A DNA stretch of 52,250 bases, taken from a virus. Taxonomy: Duplodnaviria > Caudoviricetes. This document shows positions 37,728 through 45,747 of this stretch, piece by piece. Position 1 is the first letter of the stretch, and every line of letters starts with the position of its first letter. The position numbers and the translations under genes are program-made. Location: IMG/VR virus record IMGVR_UViG_3300037961_002566, positions 1-52,250 of that record. One strand, given 5' to 3'. The notes beneath the pieces were generated by a model. That model searched no databases and was not told where the DNA came from. It worked only from the letters and a program-made list of their open reading frames with translations.

Positions 37728-38969
37728 TTAGTCATCGATGAATATTGTTGTGCCATAAGGTGGCAGGTAATAACTGCCAAGCTTTTCTTTAGATTGGCAA
37801 CATACCCAGATAATGTCACAAGGCTCATCGAACTGCGGTTCGTCACCGTAGTCACTAATCTCGCAATCAGTAAAGATCACAAGCTTCTTGAAATTAAAGT
37901 CCTGCCAATTCTCATCGATGTATTTGAAAGCAGGTCTAATTCTAGTACCGCCTGTACCATTGATCTTGAGAGACTCAATCTCCTCACCCTTGTCAAACCG
38001 CTTGATACCATCAACGTCAACTCTGGATGTAAAGGGTATAACAGTAATGGAGTCTGGCTTGATATCTTTAGATAAAGCATTCATCTCTGAGAAACCTCTA
38101 TCTCTTTGCTTCTTATCGACAGAAGCAGAGGTATCTTGAAGCACTCCAATATCACCGCATGACATACCCACGATTGTAGGTGTAATGGCATTCCAAGTAA
38201 GATGCTTTTTGTTAAGCTTCTTATATGTGTAGGTAGAGTCATTGTCACCGCCCTGCCATGCAAAGGTAAAGGCTTCCTGCCATTCAACCTTAGACTCTTC
38301 AACCCTGTTCAGAACGTCTTGAATCTCTTGGTTGATCGCACCTACCTGCTTTGCTTTGATACCTGCTTGAACGATCTTTCTGTCAATAGACTTGCTAAGT
38401 TTTTCTAACTGCTCTTGGTTCATCTCAGAGCCGTCTTCATTGGTAGGCTTCTCAATCTCACCGCCCCATGATTGTTGCGGTTTATCTTTGACAGCGTCCT
38501 TGTTCTGCTCAAGCACCGCATATATTTCTTCTGCGGTCATCTTCCTGCACTTGTCTCTGGTGAGACCAAAGTCTGGCATTTCAACAAGACCGCCTTTAGG
38601 TAGCTGTAACCGTAGGTCTGGTTTACGAAACGATGCCATGCCAAAGAAACGGTCTCTCTGATAGTCGTAGGTCTCTATCGTATTGTTGACCTTTAGGTCA
38701 CAGGCAAAGTTCCATAACTTAGGGTCTCTGTTTCCCATGCGGATATGGTGCTTGTCTACTATGTGCATAATCTCATGCACAAGTACGGTTGCATTTTCTA
38801 TAACAGTTAAGGTCTCAACAAACGGTAAAGAATAGAAAATGTTTTTGCCATCAGTACACATTGTCTCAATGTCATTGCGTTCTGTTGGGTTGCCTGCAAT
38901 CATCACTCCACCATAGAAGGTGAAGTGATTTGATACGATTGACTTGGCTAATGCTATTTTGTTTTCCAT
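37728..38969 (-). CDS. Metallopeptidase-like + vWA domain protein (DUF2201-type)
   Basis: TMCTDG, VLVHEIMH, WNFACDLKVN; MIDAS-like DTSASV, GTGGT, VIFTD. Confidence 0.85.
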   Translation of the reverse strand: MENKIALAKSIVSNHFTFYGGVMIAGNPTERNDIETMCTDGKNIFYSLPFVETLTVIENATVLVHEIMHIVDKHHIRMGNRDPKLWNFACDLKVNNTIETYDYQRDRFFGMASFRKPDLRLQLPKGGLVEMPDFGLTRDKCRKMTAEEIYAVLEQNKDAVKDKPQQSWGGEIEKPTNEDGSEMNQEQLEKLSKSIDRKIVQAGIKAKQVGAINQEIQDVLNRVEESKVEWQEAFTFAWQGGDNDSTYTYKKLNKKHLTWNAITPTIVGMSCGDIGVLQDTSASVDKKQRDRGFSEMNALSKDIKPDSITVIPFTSRVDVDGIKRFDKGEEIESLKINGTGGTRIRPAFKYIDENWQDFNFKKLVIFTDCEISDYGDEPQFDEPCDIIWVCCQSKEKLGSYYLPPYGTTIFIDD

Positions 38970-38977
38970 GTTAACTC

Positions 38978-40078
38978 CTAAACATAAATATCATTTAAAT
39001 GTCCATCAGCGACTAACTGCTTGAAAGTATCTGATGATCGAACACCGCTACAAACTGCCATGCAATCCTGCATACAAACCTGCAATAGGTCTCTGTTATC
39101 TAATCGCACACAATATTCCGCAATAGCAGGGAACGTGTCCAATGTGCAACGTGCAGACAAAGAGCCTAACAATACGAACAGGATATCCGCTCTATCGCAT
39201 ATCGGAGCATTAGCAGGGTCATCCAGAATAGCATCCAAGTTAGTTAACTCTGGAGCGGTCTGAACTACCTCTAGAAATGCCATGAAGCTGTTAGTCGTAG
39301 CTTCCCCTAGTGTTCCAGATAGCAAAGCCTGTAAGCAGGTTAGATCGCCCTCAAGACCCATATCCAATATGGTGTTTGCTCTTTGCCATGCTCTGGGTGT
39401 AGAGGTTGAGTCCTGCGTAGGGTCTGAATGACAAAAGACCGTAGGGTCTTCCTTACCTTTGAACCGCATAAAAGCAGGAATATAGGGAGACCATCCGCTC
39501 TTAGTCGCATAGTCACAAAAGTCATCTAGGTCTGGTTCAACATAGATGAAAGTCACCCTGTCCTTAATATGCGTAGGAATGCGGTTAGTACCTGCCTTAT
39601 CTTTTAGGCGGTTACCTGCACACATAAAGAACCAACCGTCTGGAAGCTTGTATTCACCAACCATTCCATCATTCATGATAGGAGCGATAGCGTTCTGAGT
39701 AGGAACAGGTGCTTGCGGAAATTCATCACCAAACACCCAACCTATTTCGATACCTGCGGTCTTCTTAGCGACTACCTCTAGATACCAATGTGCCTTTAGG
39801 TTCTTAGTCTGATCATTAGCTAAGTCTGGCATTTGAATACCGTTAACCTCTGTAGGGTCTTTCTGTGCTAGAGCAACCTCAACCATACCCATATCCATAT
39901 CGTTGTAAGGCTCTTGAACTGATTGCCTACCGCAATCGGTCTTACCGATACCCTGCATTCCCATGAGCATAGGAACAATAGGTTTTGCTCCTGTACCTGC
40001 TTTCTGGTTTTCGTAGTTAGAAATTAGGCAATGTCTTAATATCTTGCCTGCTTGTCTTATGTTAACTGTTTGTGTCAT
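38978..40078 (-). CDS. MoxR-like AAA+ ATPase
   Basis: Walker A GMQGIGKT, Walker B VFGDEF, CAGNR, STPRAW; adjacent to the vWA gene. Confidence 0.85.
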   Translation of the reverse strand: MTQTVNIRQAGKILRHCLISNYENQKAGTGAKPIVPMLMGMQGIGKTDCGRQSVQEPYNDMDMGMVEVALAQKDPTEVNGIQMPDLANDQTKNLKAHWYLEVVAKKTAGIEIGWVFGDEFPQAPVPTQNAIAPIMNDGMVGEYKLPDGWFFMCAGNRLKDKAGTNRIPTHIKDRVTFIYVEPDLDDFCDYATKSGWSPYIPAFMRFKGKEDPTVFCHSDPTQDSTSTPRAWQRANTILDMGLEGDLTCLQALLSGTLGEATTNSFMAFLEVVQTAPELTNLDAILDDPANAPICDRADILFVLLGSLSARCTLDTFPAIAEYCVRLDNRDLLQVCMQDCMAVCSGVRSSDTFKQLVADGHLNDIYV

Positions 40079-40140
40079 TTTTTATTCCTTTCATAATGAC
40101 TTCATAAACTCACCATTAAGTTTATGAGTAGGGAGTCTCG

Positions 40141-40160
40141 AAAAATACTATGGTACTTTT
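40141..40160. promoter_or_regulatory. Palindromic motif copy within a larger inverted repeat
   Basis: AAAAATACTATGGTACTTTT flanked by GGAGTCT / AGACTCC. Confidence 0.75.
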
Positions 40161-40182
40161 GAAGACTCCTAACTGATAAACT

Positions 40183-40887
40183 TTAGAACGATATCTTCTT
40201 TTGACCTGCAACATCGGATACAGGTGCTAGAGCATCAGCAATTGCGGTAACCTTATTGTTAAGCTTCTTAACTTCCGCTCCTGCTTTCTTAGCCTTAGAC
40301 ATTTTCTTTTTGGCTTGATCTTCAAAAGATTGTCTAGTCGCTATGGCTTCTTCTAGCCTGCTCTTTAGATCAAGAACAACATCCATATCTTTACCGCCCT
40401 TGTATTTAGTTCCGCACTTGGCAGGAACACCAACAACAGAGTCGATAACTTTCTGGACAAAGTCTCTGTTAGCTTCCTTGTTAGGGTTGCATATGTCCAT
40501 CAACTTAGCTTCAGAAGTGATCTTGTACCGCTCCATCACGTTTACGATATGGTCTACACTTGTATCGTTTTGACCTGCGAAAGCATCATTCTTGAGTACT
40601 AAGAACTGATGTAACCAACTAAGCTTTTCAGCTTTCTTCTTTTGTTGATTATCGTTTAAGCCTGCTTCCATGAGACCTTCTCTAATAGTCGCAAGATCGT
40701 CAGACTTTAGTTCTGTCTTCCTGCTTATGATCGCAGAGGTTGAAAGCATAGTCGCATAGGTCTGGCAATTTGAAAGATTGATCTTCTCAGAGTTCTTCTT
40801 GTTGTTGCCCTTTAGTCTATTGATTGAAAGATCAAGAGACTTGATAGAGGATATAGCATCCTGTGTAAGATTGATTTTAGTGTTCAT
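40183..40887 (-). CDS. Hypothetical basic protein, first gene of the leftward operon
   Basis: 234 aa; GAAAGGAA RBS; Lys-rich helical C-terminus. Confidence 0.75.
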   Translation of the reverse strand: MNTKINLTQDAISSIKSLDLSINRLKGNNKKNSEKINLSNCQTYATMLSTSAIISRKTELKSDDLATIREGLMEAGLNDNQQKKKAEKLSWLHQFLVLKNDAFAGQNDTSVDHIVNVMERYKITSEAKLMDICNPNKEANRDFVQKVIDSVVGVPAKCGTKYKGGKDMDVVLDLKSRLEEAIATRQSFEDQAKKKMSKAKKAGAEVKKLNNKVTAIADALAPVSDVAGQKKISF

Positions 40888-40922
40888 GATTAAGTTCCTT
40901 TCATAAATGTTAACACTATAAA

Positions 40923-41187
40923 CAAAGCAGGTTCATCCTGCTTTGATCACAGTGTTACCTGTGATGCGCTGATAAAGATTTACGACTCTGTAAGTATTCC
41001 AACCTACTAAGCTACCACCATTATTTTAGACTAGGTGTTTAGATCAGCTATGGTCTCCACGTTAAAGGTCTGGATATCGTCAGTACGTTTTGCATCTAGG
41101 CTACGAGGGTCACAGGTGAGAACCAGAATTCCCCTAAAAGGGGAAGAGCGAATTCAACCCTTGTGCGTTCCGCATTGAACGTCACCT
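40923..41187 (+). ncRNA. Candidate structured RNA with pseudoknot
   Basis: Seven or more stems in a 600-bp non-coding gap; mismatches read as G-U on the + strand. Confidence 0.45.
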
Positions 41188-41336
41188 TATGTCTAATCTG
41201 AATTAATCCATGTGAACTCCTTTCTAAAAAATCATAAGTAAAATTATATATGTAAGTACTTTTTCAAGAATTACAATAGTAGTACAAAAAAAATATTCAA
41301 TAAAAGTAAACTTAATTATCTGATATCAAAAGGTTA

Positions 41337-41356
41337 AAAAGTACTATGGTATTTTT
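41337..41356. promoter_or_regulatory. Palindromic motif copy
   Basis: AAAAGTACTATGGTATTTTT in the divergent promoter region. Confidence 0.75.
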
Positions 41357-41427
41357 CCCAGATGCAAATCTCACCTATGCCAACGGGAACGCCTGTAAGG
41401 GCTTGTAAGTGTGTCAGGTATATTGGG

Positions 41428-41457
41428 TTGAAAAATGTGCTAATGCCCTGTTATAAC
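41428..41457 (+). promoter_or_regulatory. Putative promoter for terS
   Basis: TTGAAA-N18-TATAAC with extended -10 TG. Confidence 0.45.
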
Positions 41458-41493
41458 TAATTCTGAGAGGTCAATTTTTTTGGAGTTATTAAA

Positions 41494-41988
41494 ATGTCAG
41501 GTAAGAAACCGCCCAAGTTAACATTAGTGAAAGGTCAAGAAAAAGGAAAAGACCGCCCCTTAACTGCGAAGCAGTCTAGCTTCTGCGAAAGTATAGTAGG
41601 CATTAATGAGGATGAACCCTTAACAATAGTAGATGCATATAGAAAACATTACAGTACTGAGAATATGTCTATAGATGCTCAATATGTAGAGAGTAGCAGA
41701 TTATTTAATCACCCTAAGATTTCCCTTAGAATAGAACAGCTAAGAACTGAGCAGGAGAAAAGAAACATTGCACGAAACCAATCGAGAAAAGAGAGGGTAA
41801 TATTTAATCTGGAGTCACTTGCCTATGATAAAACTAATACAGGACATACAAGAGTTAAGAGTCTGGAACTGCTTGGACGTATGGCAGGAGTCGATCTGTT
41901 TAGAGATAACCATGTGATAGAAGATAATAGAAACTCACAGGATATTAAGGAAGAATTAGAGAAGAAGCTAAAATCTCTATTGTCATGA
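41494..41988 (+). CDS. terS: Terminase small subunit
   Basis: LTAKQ..FC, DAYR..Y, SRL..HPKI..RIEQLR, R.KSLELLGR; upstream of terL. Confidence 0.75.
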   Translation: MSGKKPPKLTLVKGQEKGKDRPLTAKQSSFCESIVGINEDEPLTIVDAYRKHYSTENMSIDAQYVESSRLFNHPKISLRIEQLRTEQEKRNIARNQSRKERVIFNLESLAYDKTNTGHTRVKSLELLGRMAGVDLFRDNHVIEDNRNSQDIKEELEKKLKSLLS

Positions 41989-42222
41989 CCCCACCTACCC
42001 CCACCCCCCATGATAACAGCGTTGCGTTGGTCATGACTATATATAGTAATCCACACAAATAATTCTATGGAATTTCTATCAAGGCTCAAAGTGGGTGAAT
42101 GGATGTGGTTTAGTGTTGTATTCTCTTATGTCATGGAGAGGCTTATAGAAGGCGATATAGAGGGTCTAATGGTTTGGTGGTACTTTGTGTTATATCTGGG
42201 TTCTATGTCCTCTGAGTGAGGC

Positions 42223-42453
42223 TTATTTTTGGGCTATGAGGCTATCAAGCTTTTGTTCAAGTCTCACTAAGTGTTCGACTACCCTGTCAATGTCATCTTT
42301 ATGGTCATTCTTATGAACATATTGTTCTCTGGTTTTATTAAGAAGTATCTGAACTCTTTTGAGTTCATCATTTTGAGATTTGATATACCATGCTATTGGT
42401 GCTACTATGACCGTGAGAATGATATTCCAGATGGTTGAGAGTTCTAAGATCAT
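42223..42453 (-). CDS. Small membrane-anchored coiled-coil protein
   Basis: WNIILTVIVAPIAWYIK TM segment followed by ILLNKTRE...RLEQKLD. Confidence 0.65.
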   Translation of the reverse strand: MILELSTIWNIILTVIVAPIAWYIKSQNDELKRVQILLNKTREQYVHKNDHKDDIDRVVEHLVRLEQKLDSLIAQK

Positions 42454-42536
42454 CTTATAATGATTCTTTTTATTTTATTATAAATATATATTATTATAAT
42501 ACTAATATTATTATAATAACAAATGTAAAGGTAAAA

Positions 42537-43445
42537 ATGGCGAAAAGAAAATCAGGTGCATTGAAGACTGCCAAGATACCCACCCCCTTCCCCAGTGAGC
42601 TTCAGCCATATAACAAACCTTATAGTTTGGGTGATATAGAGTATTTGGCATTTTTAAAAAACTTAGCACAGAGAAGAGTGCCAGGTGGAAGCAAGACAAC
42701 AGAGCTTGCTATAGATGATATCGAAAGAGAGACAGGCGGTGACTTTGGTAAAGTCATACAAATGGTCACAAGTGACAAAGCACCCTCAAAAGCAGAAAAA
42801 GATTTTGTAGAGTATTACAAACACTTGGAGAGTATTGGGGCAGTAGAGCTTCCAAAAGATTTTAAAAGCATTTACGGAACTAATTTAAGAGGAACATTTT
42901 TTCCAAAATCAAGTGATGAAAGAAAGGTGTACAAAAGCAAGACGGATGAACCTCAAATACTTGTTCAAGATTTAGATAAGATAGAAAGGTTTGGTGCGAA
43001 ATACGATAAAAGAGATATAGACAGCAGAAGTTTTTTAGAAAGATTTAAAGCACTATTTGGATATGACAGAGATGATTTTAGTTTAGCTGAAGAAAGGGAA
43101 GAAGGAACTTTCCCCACAGCAGAAGATATGGAAAAACTAAAAATGATGCAAGGAATGGAGAGAACAAAAGGAGAGGAGCTTGACCACTATGCGATAAATC
43201 TTCTTAGAAACCTTGGTTACAAAACACCAGAGTCAATAGATAGACTAGGCAGTAAAGGTACAGGCGGTGAAGAGGGGTATATGGGAGAAATAAACGCACT
43301 TAGATACGGAAAAAAGTTAGAAGACTTTAGTGAAAAAGATTTTAAAACTCTTGTAGAGTTAGAAAATATGGCGGAAAAAGAGCTAAAGAAAAGGCGTGGA
43401 TATAAAGAAGGTGGCGTTGTTAATATGCTAAAGAGTTTTAAATGA
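42537..43445 (+). CDS. Hypothetical protein with C-terminal YKEGG motif
   Basis: Start moved to ATG 42537 (AAGGT RBS); the upstream extension is low-complexity AT DNA. Confidence 0.7.
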   Translation: MAKRKSGALKTAKIPTPFPSELQPYNKPYSLGDIEYLAFLKNLAQRRVPGGSKTTELAIDDIERETGGDFGKVIQMVTSDKAPSKAEKDFVEYYKHLESIGAVELPKDFKSIYGTNLRGTFFPKSSDERKVYKSKTDEPQILVQDLDKIERFGAKYDKRDIDSRSFLERFKALFGYDRDDFSLAEEREEGTFPTAEDMEKLKMMQGMERTKGEELDHYAINLLRNLGYKTPESIDRLGSKGTGGEEGYMGEINALRYGKKLEDFSEKDFKTLVELENMAEKELKKRRGYKEGGVVNMLKSFK

Positions 43446-43648
43446 GCCAATACAGAAAATACCATGCTTCTAAAAAGATGAAGCAAGAGAGAGCTATGCG
43501 AAACAAGAACCGCAGGACGGCTTTGAAGAATGGTATTGTTAAGAAGGGTGACAAGAAACACATAGACCACAAGGATGGTAACCCCAGAAATAACAAATCA
43601 AAAAACCTGCGTGTTATCTCTGCCAAGAAAAACAGAAAAAAACAGTGA
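43442..43648 (+). CDS. Small HNH-motif protein
   Basis: IDHKDGNPRNNKSKNLRVISAKKNR directly before terL. Confidence 0.75.
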   Translation: MSQYRKYHASKKMKQERAMRNKNRRTALKNGIVKKGDKKHIDHKDGNPRNNKSKNLRVISAKKNRKKQ

Positions 43649-45156
43649 ACCTCCAATCAAAAGATATCAAAAAGAAGATAGGTATGCTCCCATTGGAGCA
43701 ACAAAAAGAAGTACTAGCTCTCCTAGAACAATACGAGCAGGTTAAAAGCAAAGAAGAATCACAAAAAGAGTTTATTCCTTTTGTTCGGGCTATGTGGTCA
43801 GAGTTCATAGGGGGAGAGCATCATGAGATTATGGCAGAAGCTTTTGAGAAAGTGGCAAACGGTGAACTAAAAAGACTGATAATCAATATGCCACCCCGTC
43901 ATACCAAGTCAGAATTTGCATCGTATCTCTTTCCTGCGTGGTTTTTAGGACAATATCCAGAAAAGAAAGTGATTCAGACAGCCCACACTGCGGAGTTGGC
44001 AGTTGGTTTTGGCAGAAAAGTGCGTAATCTCATACAGTCGGAGGAGTATCAAAAGGTATTTAGCGGTATAGAACTGTCCACAGACAGTAAGGCTGCAGGT
44101 AGATGGAACACAAACAAGGGCGGAGACTACTTTGCTATCGGTGTCGGTGGGGCAGTTACAGGAAAAGGTGCGGATGTTTTGATAATCGATGACCCACACT
44201 CCGAACAGGACGCACAGGCAGGGCAGTATAACCCAGAAGTATTCGATAAAGTGTACGAATGGTACACATCAGGACCTCGTCAGCGTCTACAACCAGGAGG
44301 GGCTATCATACTTGTGATGACCAGATGGGCAAAAAGAGACCTAACAGGTCAAATTTTAAAAAGTATGACCGAAAGAGAGGGTGCAGATGACTGGGAAGTC
44401 ATACAATTACCTGCAATTATGCCCTCTGGCAGCCCATTATGGGGCGAATATTGGCGATTAGAGGAATTAGAGAGCCTAAAAGCGGAATTACCCCTGTCAA
44501 AATGGAATGCACAGTACCAACAAGACCCCACATCGGAAGAAGGAGCGTTAATTAAGCGTGAATGGTGGCAAGAATGGACAGAACACGAGCTACCACCTTG
44601 TGAATGCATTATTCAATCATGGGATACAGCGTTTTTAAAGACACAAAGGAGCGATTACAGTGCCTGCACCACATGGGGCGTGTTCTATCACGCCAGAGAT
44701 GTGGATCAAAGCCGTCCTCACCTGATTCTTTTAGATGCATACAAGGAAAAACTAGAGTTTCCAGAGCTAAAACGTGCGGCATACGACAAATACTGGGAAT
44801 GGGAGCCAGATCAGATGATCGTAGAAGCAAAAGCATCGGGTGCGCCGCTTGTATTTGAGCTTAGAGCTATGGGAATACCTGTTACAGAGTTTACCCCCAC
44901 TAGGGGTAACGACAAAATTGCTAGGGTCAACGCAGTTACGGACTTGTTTTCTAGTGGAAGTGTATGGTACTATTCCTCTAGATGGTCTGAAGAGGTGATT
45001 GAAGAATGTGCATCATTTCCCACAGGTGATCATGACGACTTAGTAGATAGTACAACCCAAGCTCTTTTAAGGTTTCGTCAAGGGGGTTGGGTCAGAGCAG
45101 AAAGAGATGATTGGGATGACGAACCTAAATACAGAAGACCAGTGGAGTATTACTAA
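43645..45156 (+). CDS. terL: Terminase large subunit
   Basis: INMPPRHTKS, LIIDDPH, VMTRW, QSWDTA, VEAKASG, HDDLVDSTTQAL. Confidence 0.95.
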   Translation: MNLQSKDIKKKIGMLPLEQQKEVLALLEQYEQVKSKEESQKEFIPFVRAMWSEFIGGEHHEIMAEAFEKVANGELKRLIINMPPRHTKSEFASYLFPAWFLGQYPEKKVIQTAHTAELAVGFGRKVRNLIQSEEYQKVFSGIELSTDSKAAGRWNTNKGGDYFAIGVGGAVTGKGADVLIIDDPHSEQDAQAGQYNPEVFDKVYEWYTSGPRQRLQPGGAIILVMTRWAKRDLTGQILKSMTEREGADDWEVIQLPAIMPSGSPLWGEYWRLEELESLKAELPLSKWNAQYQQDPTSEEGALIKREWWQEWTEHELPPCECIIQSWDTAFLKTQRSDYSACTTWGVFYHARDVDQSRPHLILLDAYKEKLEFPELKRAAYDKYWEWEPDQMIVEAKASGAPLVFELRAMGIPVTEFTPTRGNDKIARVNAVTDLFSSGSVWYYSSRWSEEVIEECASFPTGDHDDLVDSTTQALLRFRQGGWVRAERDDWDDEPKYRRPVEYY

Positions 45157-45383
45157 TGCCTAAATACAGAAAAAAAGACGGAACAATAGTATCATTTACA
45201 AAACCTGTTCCTAAAATAACACAAAGAATGTTAGGACTAAGACCTGCTAGAAAAACAATAACAGTAAAAGATATTGAGATGGCAGGTAAAAGAAGAAAGA
45301 AAGCAGGCGGTGTTATAAAAATGCGTGGTGGTGGAATAGCAAAAAAAGGAACTGCCAGTCTATCAGGTTATAAAGTCGTATGA
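45156..45383 (+). CDS. Small basic protein with GG motifs
   Basis: KKAGGVIKMRGGGIAKKG. Confidence 0.7.
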   Translation: MPKYRKKDGTIVSFTKPVPKITQRMLGLRPARKTITVKDIEMAGKRRKKAGGVIKMRGGGIAKKGTASLSGYKVV

Positions 45384-45478
45384 CCATATCTAGAGCCAGT
45401 ATGAAATCACAACTGGTTAGAGGTAAGAAGAAGTTCGTAAAAGCTAAAAAGAAAAAATATAAAAAGAAGAAAAAATAA
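45380..45478 (+). CDS. 32-aa poly-lysine peptide (not in ORF track)
   Basis: MTISRASMKSQLVRGKKKFVKAKKKKYKKKKK*; ATGA and TAATG overlaps couple it on both sides. Confidence 0.7.
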   Translation: MTISRASMKSQLVRGKKKFVKAKKKKYKKKKK

Positions 45479-45720
45479 TGGCAGCCTTTAGCTCAGATGA
45501 ACTTAAATACATGAAAGCCATAGCTGACTATAGAGCAAAGAAGATAAGCTATTCAGAGTTTCTAGATAAAACTATTAAGCTTAGAGATATAAGAAGACAC
45601 ATTAAAGATAGCCACACTATGACAGGCAGAAAGTTTTCTCCTGGCTACAAAAAGGGTGGTAGAATAAAAATGCGTGGGGGCGGTGCTGTCCAAAAACAAT
45701 TGACATACAGGATTCGATAA
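45478..45720 (+). CDS. Small basic protein with GG motifs
   Basis: YKKGGRIKMRGGGAVQK. Confidence 0.7.
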   Translation: MAAFSSDELKYMKAIADYRAKKISYSEFLDKTIKLRDIRRHIKDSHTMTGRKFSPGYKKGGRIKMRGGGAVQKQLTYRIR

Positions 45721-45747
45721 ACATAATAACTTTAGAGGAGTACAGCT

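Noticed and set aside
41077-41083. CTGACGA on the minus strand as a hammerhead ribozyme core
   Set aside because: No GAAA after a stem II and no compatible stems I/III.
41103-41187. HDV-like ribozyme assignment for the pseudoknot
   Set aside because: Stem order is similar, but there is no short P3/L3, no P1.1 and no J4/2 strand carrying a catalytic C.
42435-42536. ORF-track N-terminal extensions (also 37614-37715, 29997-30077, 31500-31574, 11625-11699)
   Set aside because: They run through AT-rich or regulatory DNA or other genes; downstream ATGs fit better, most with a clear RBS.
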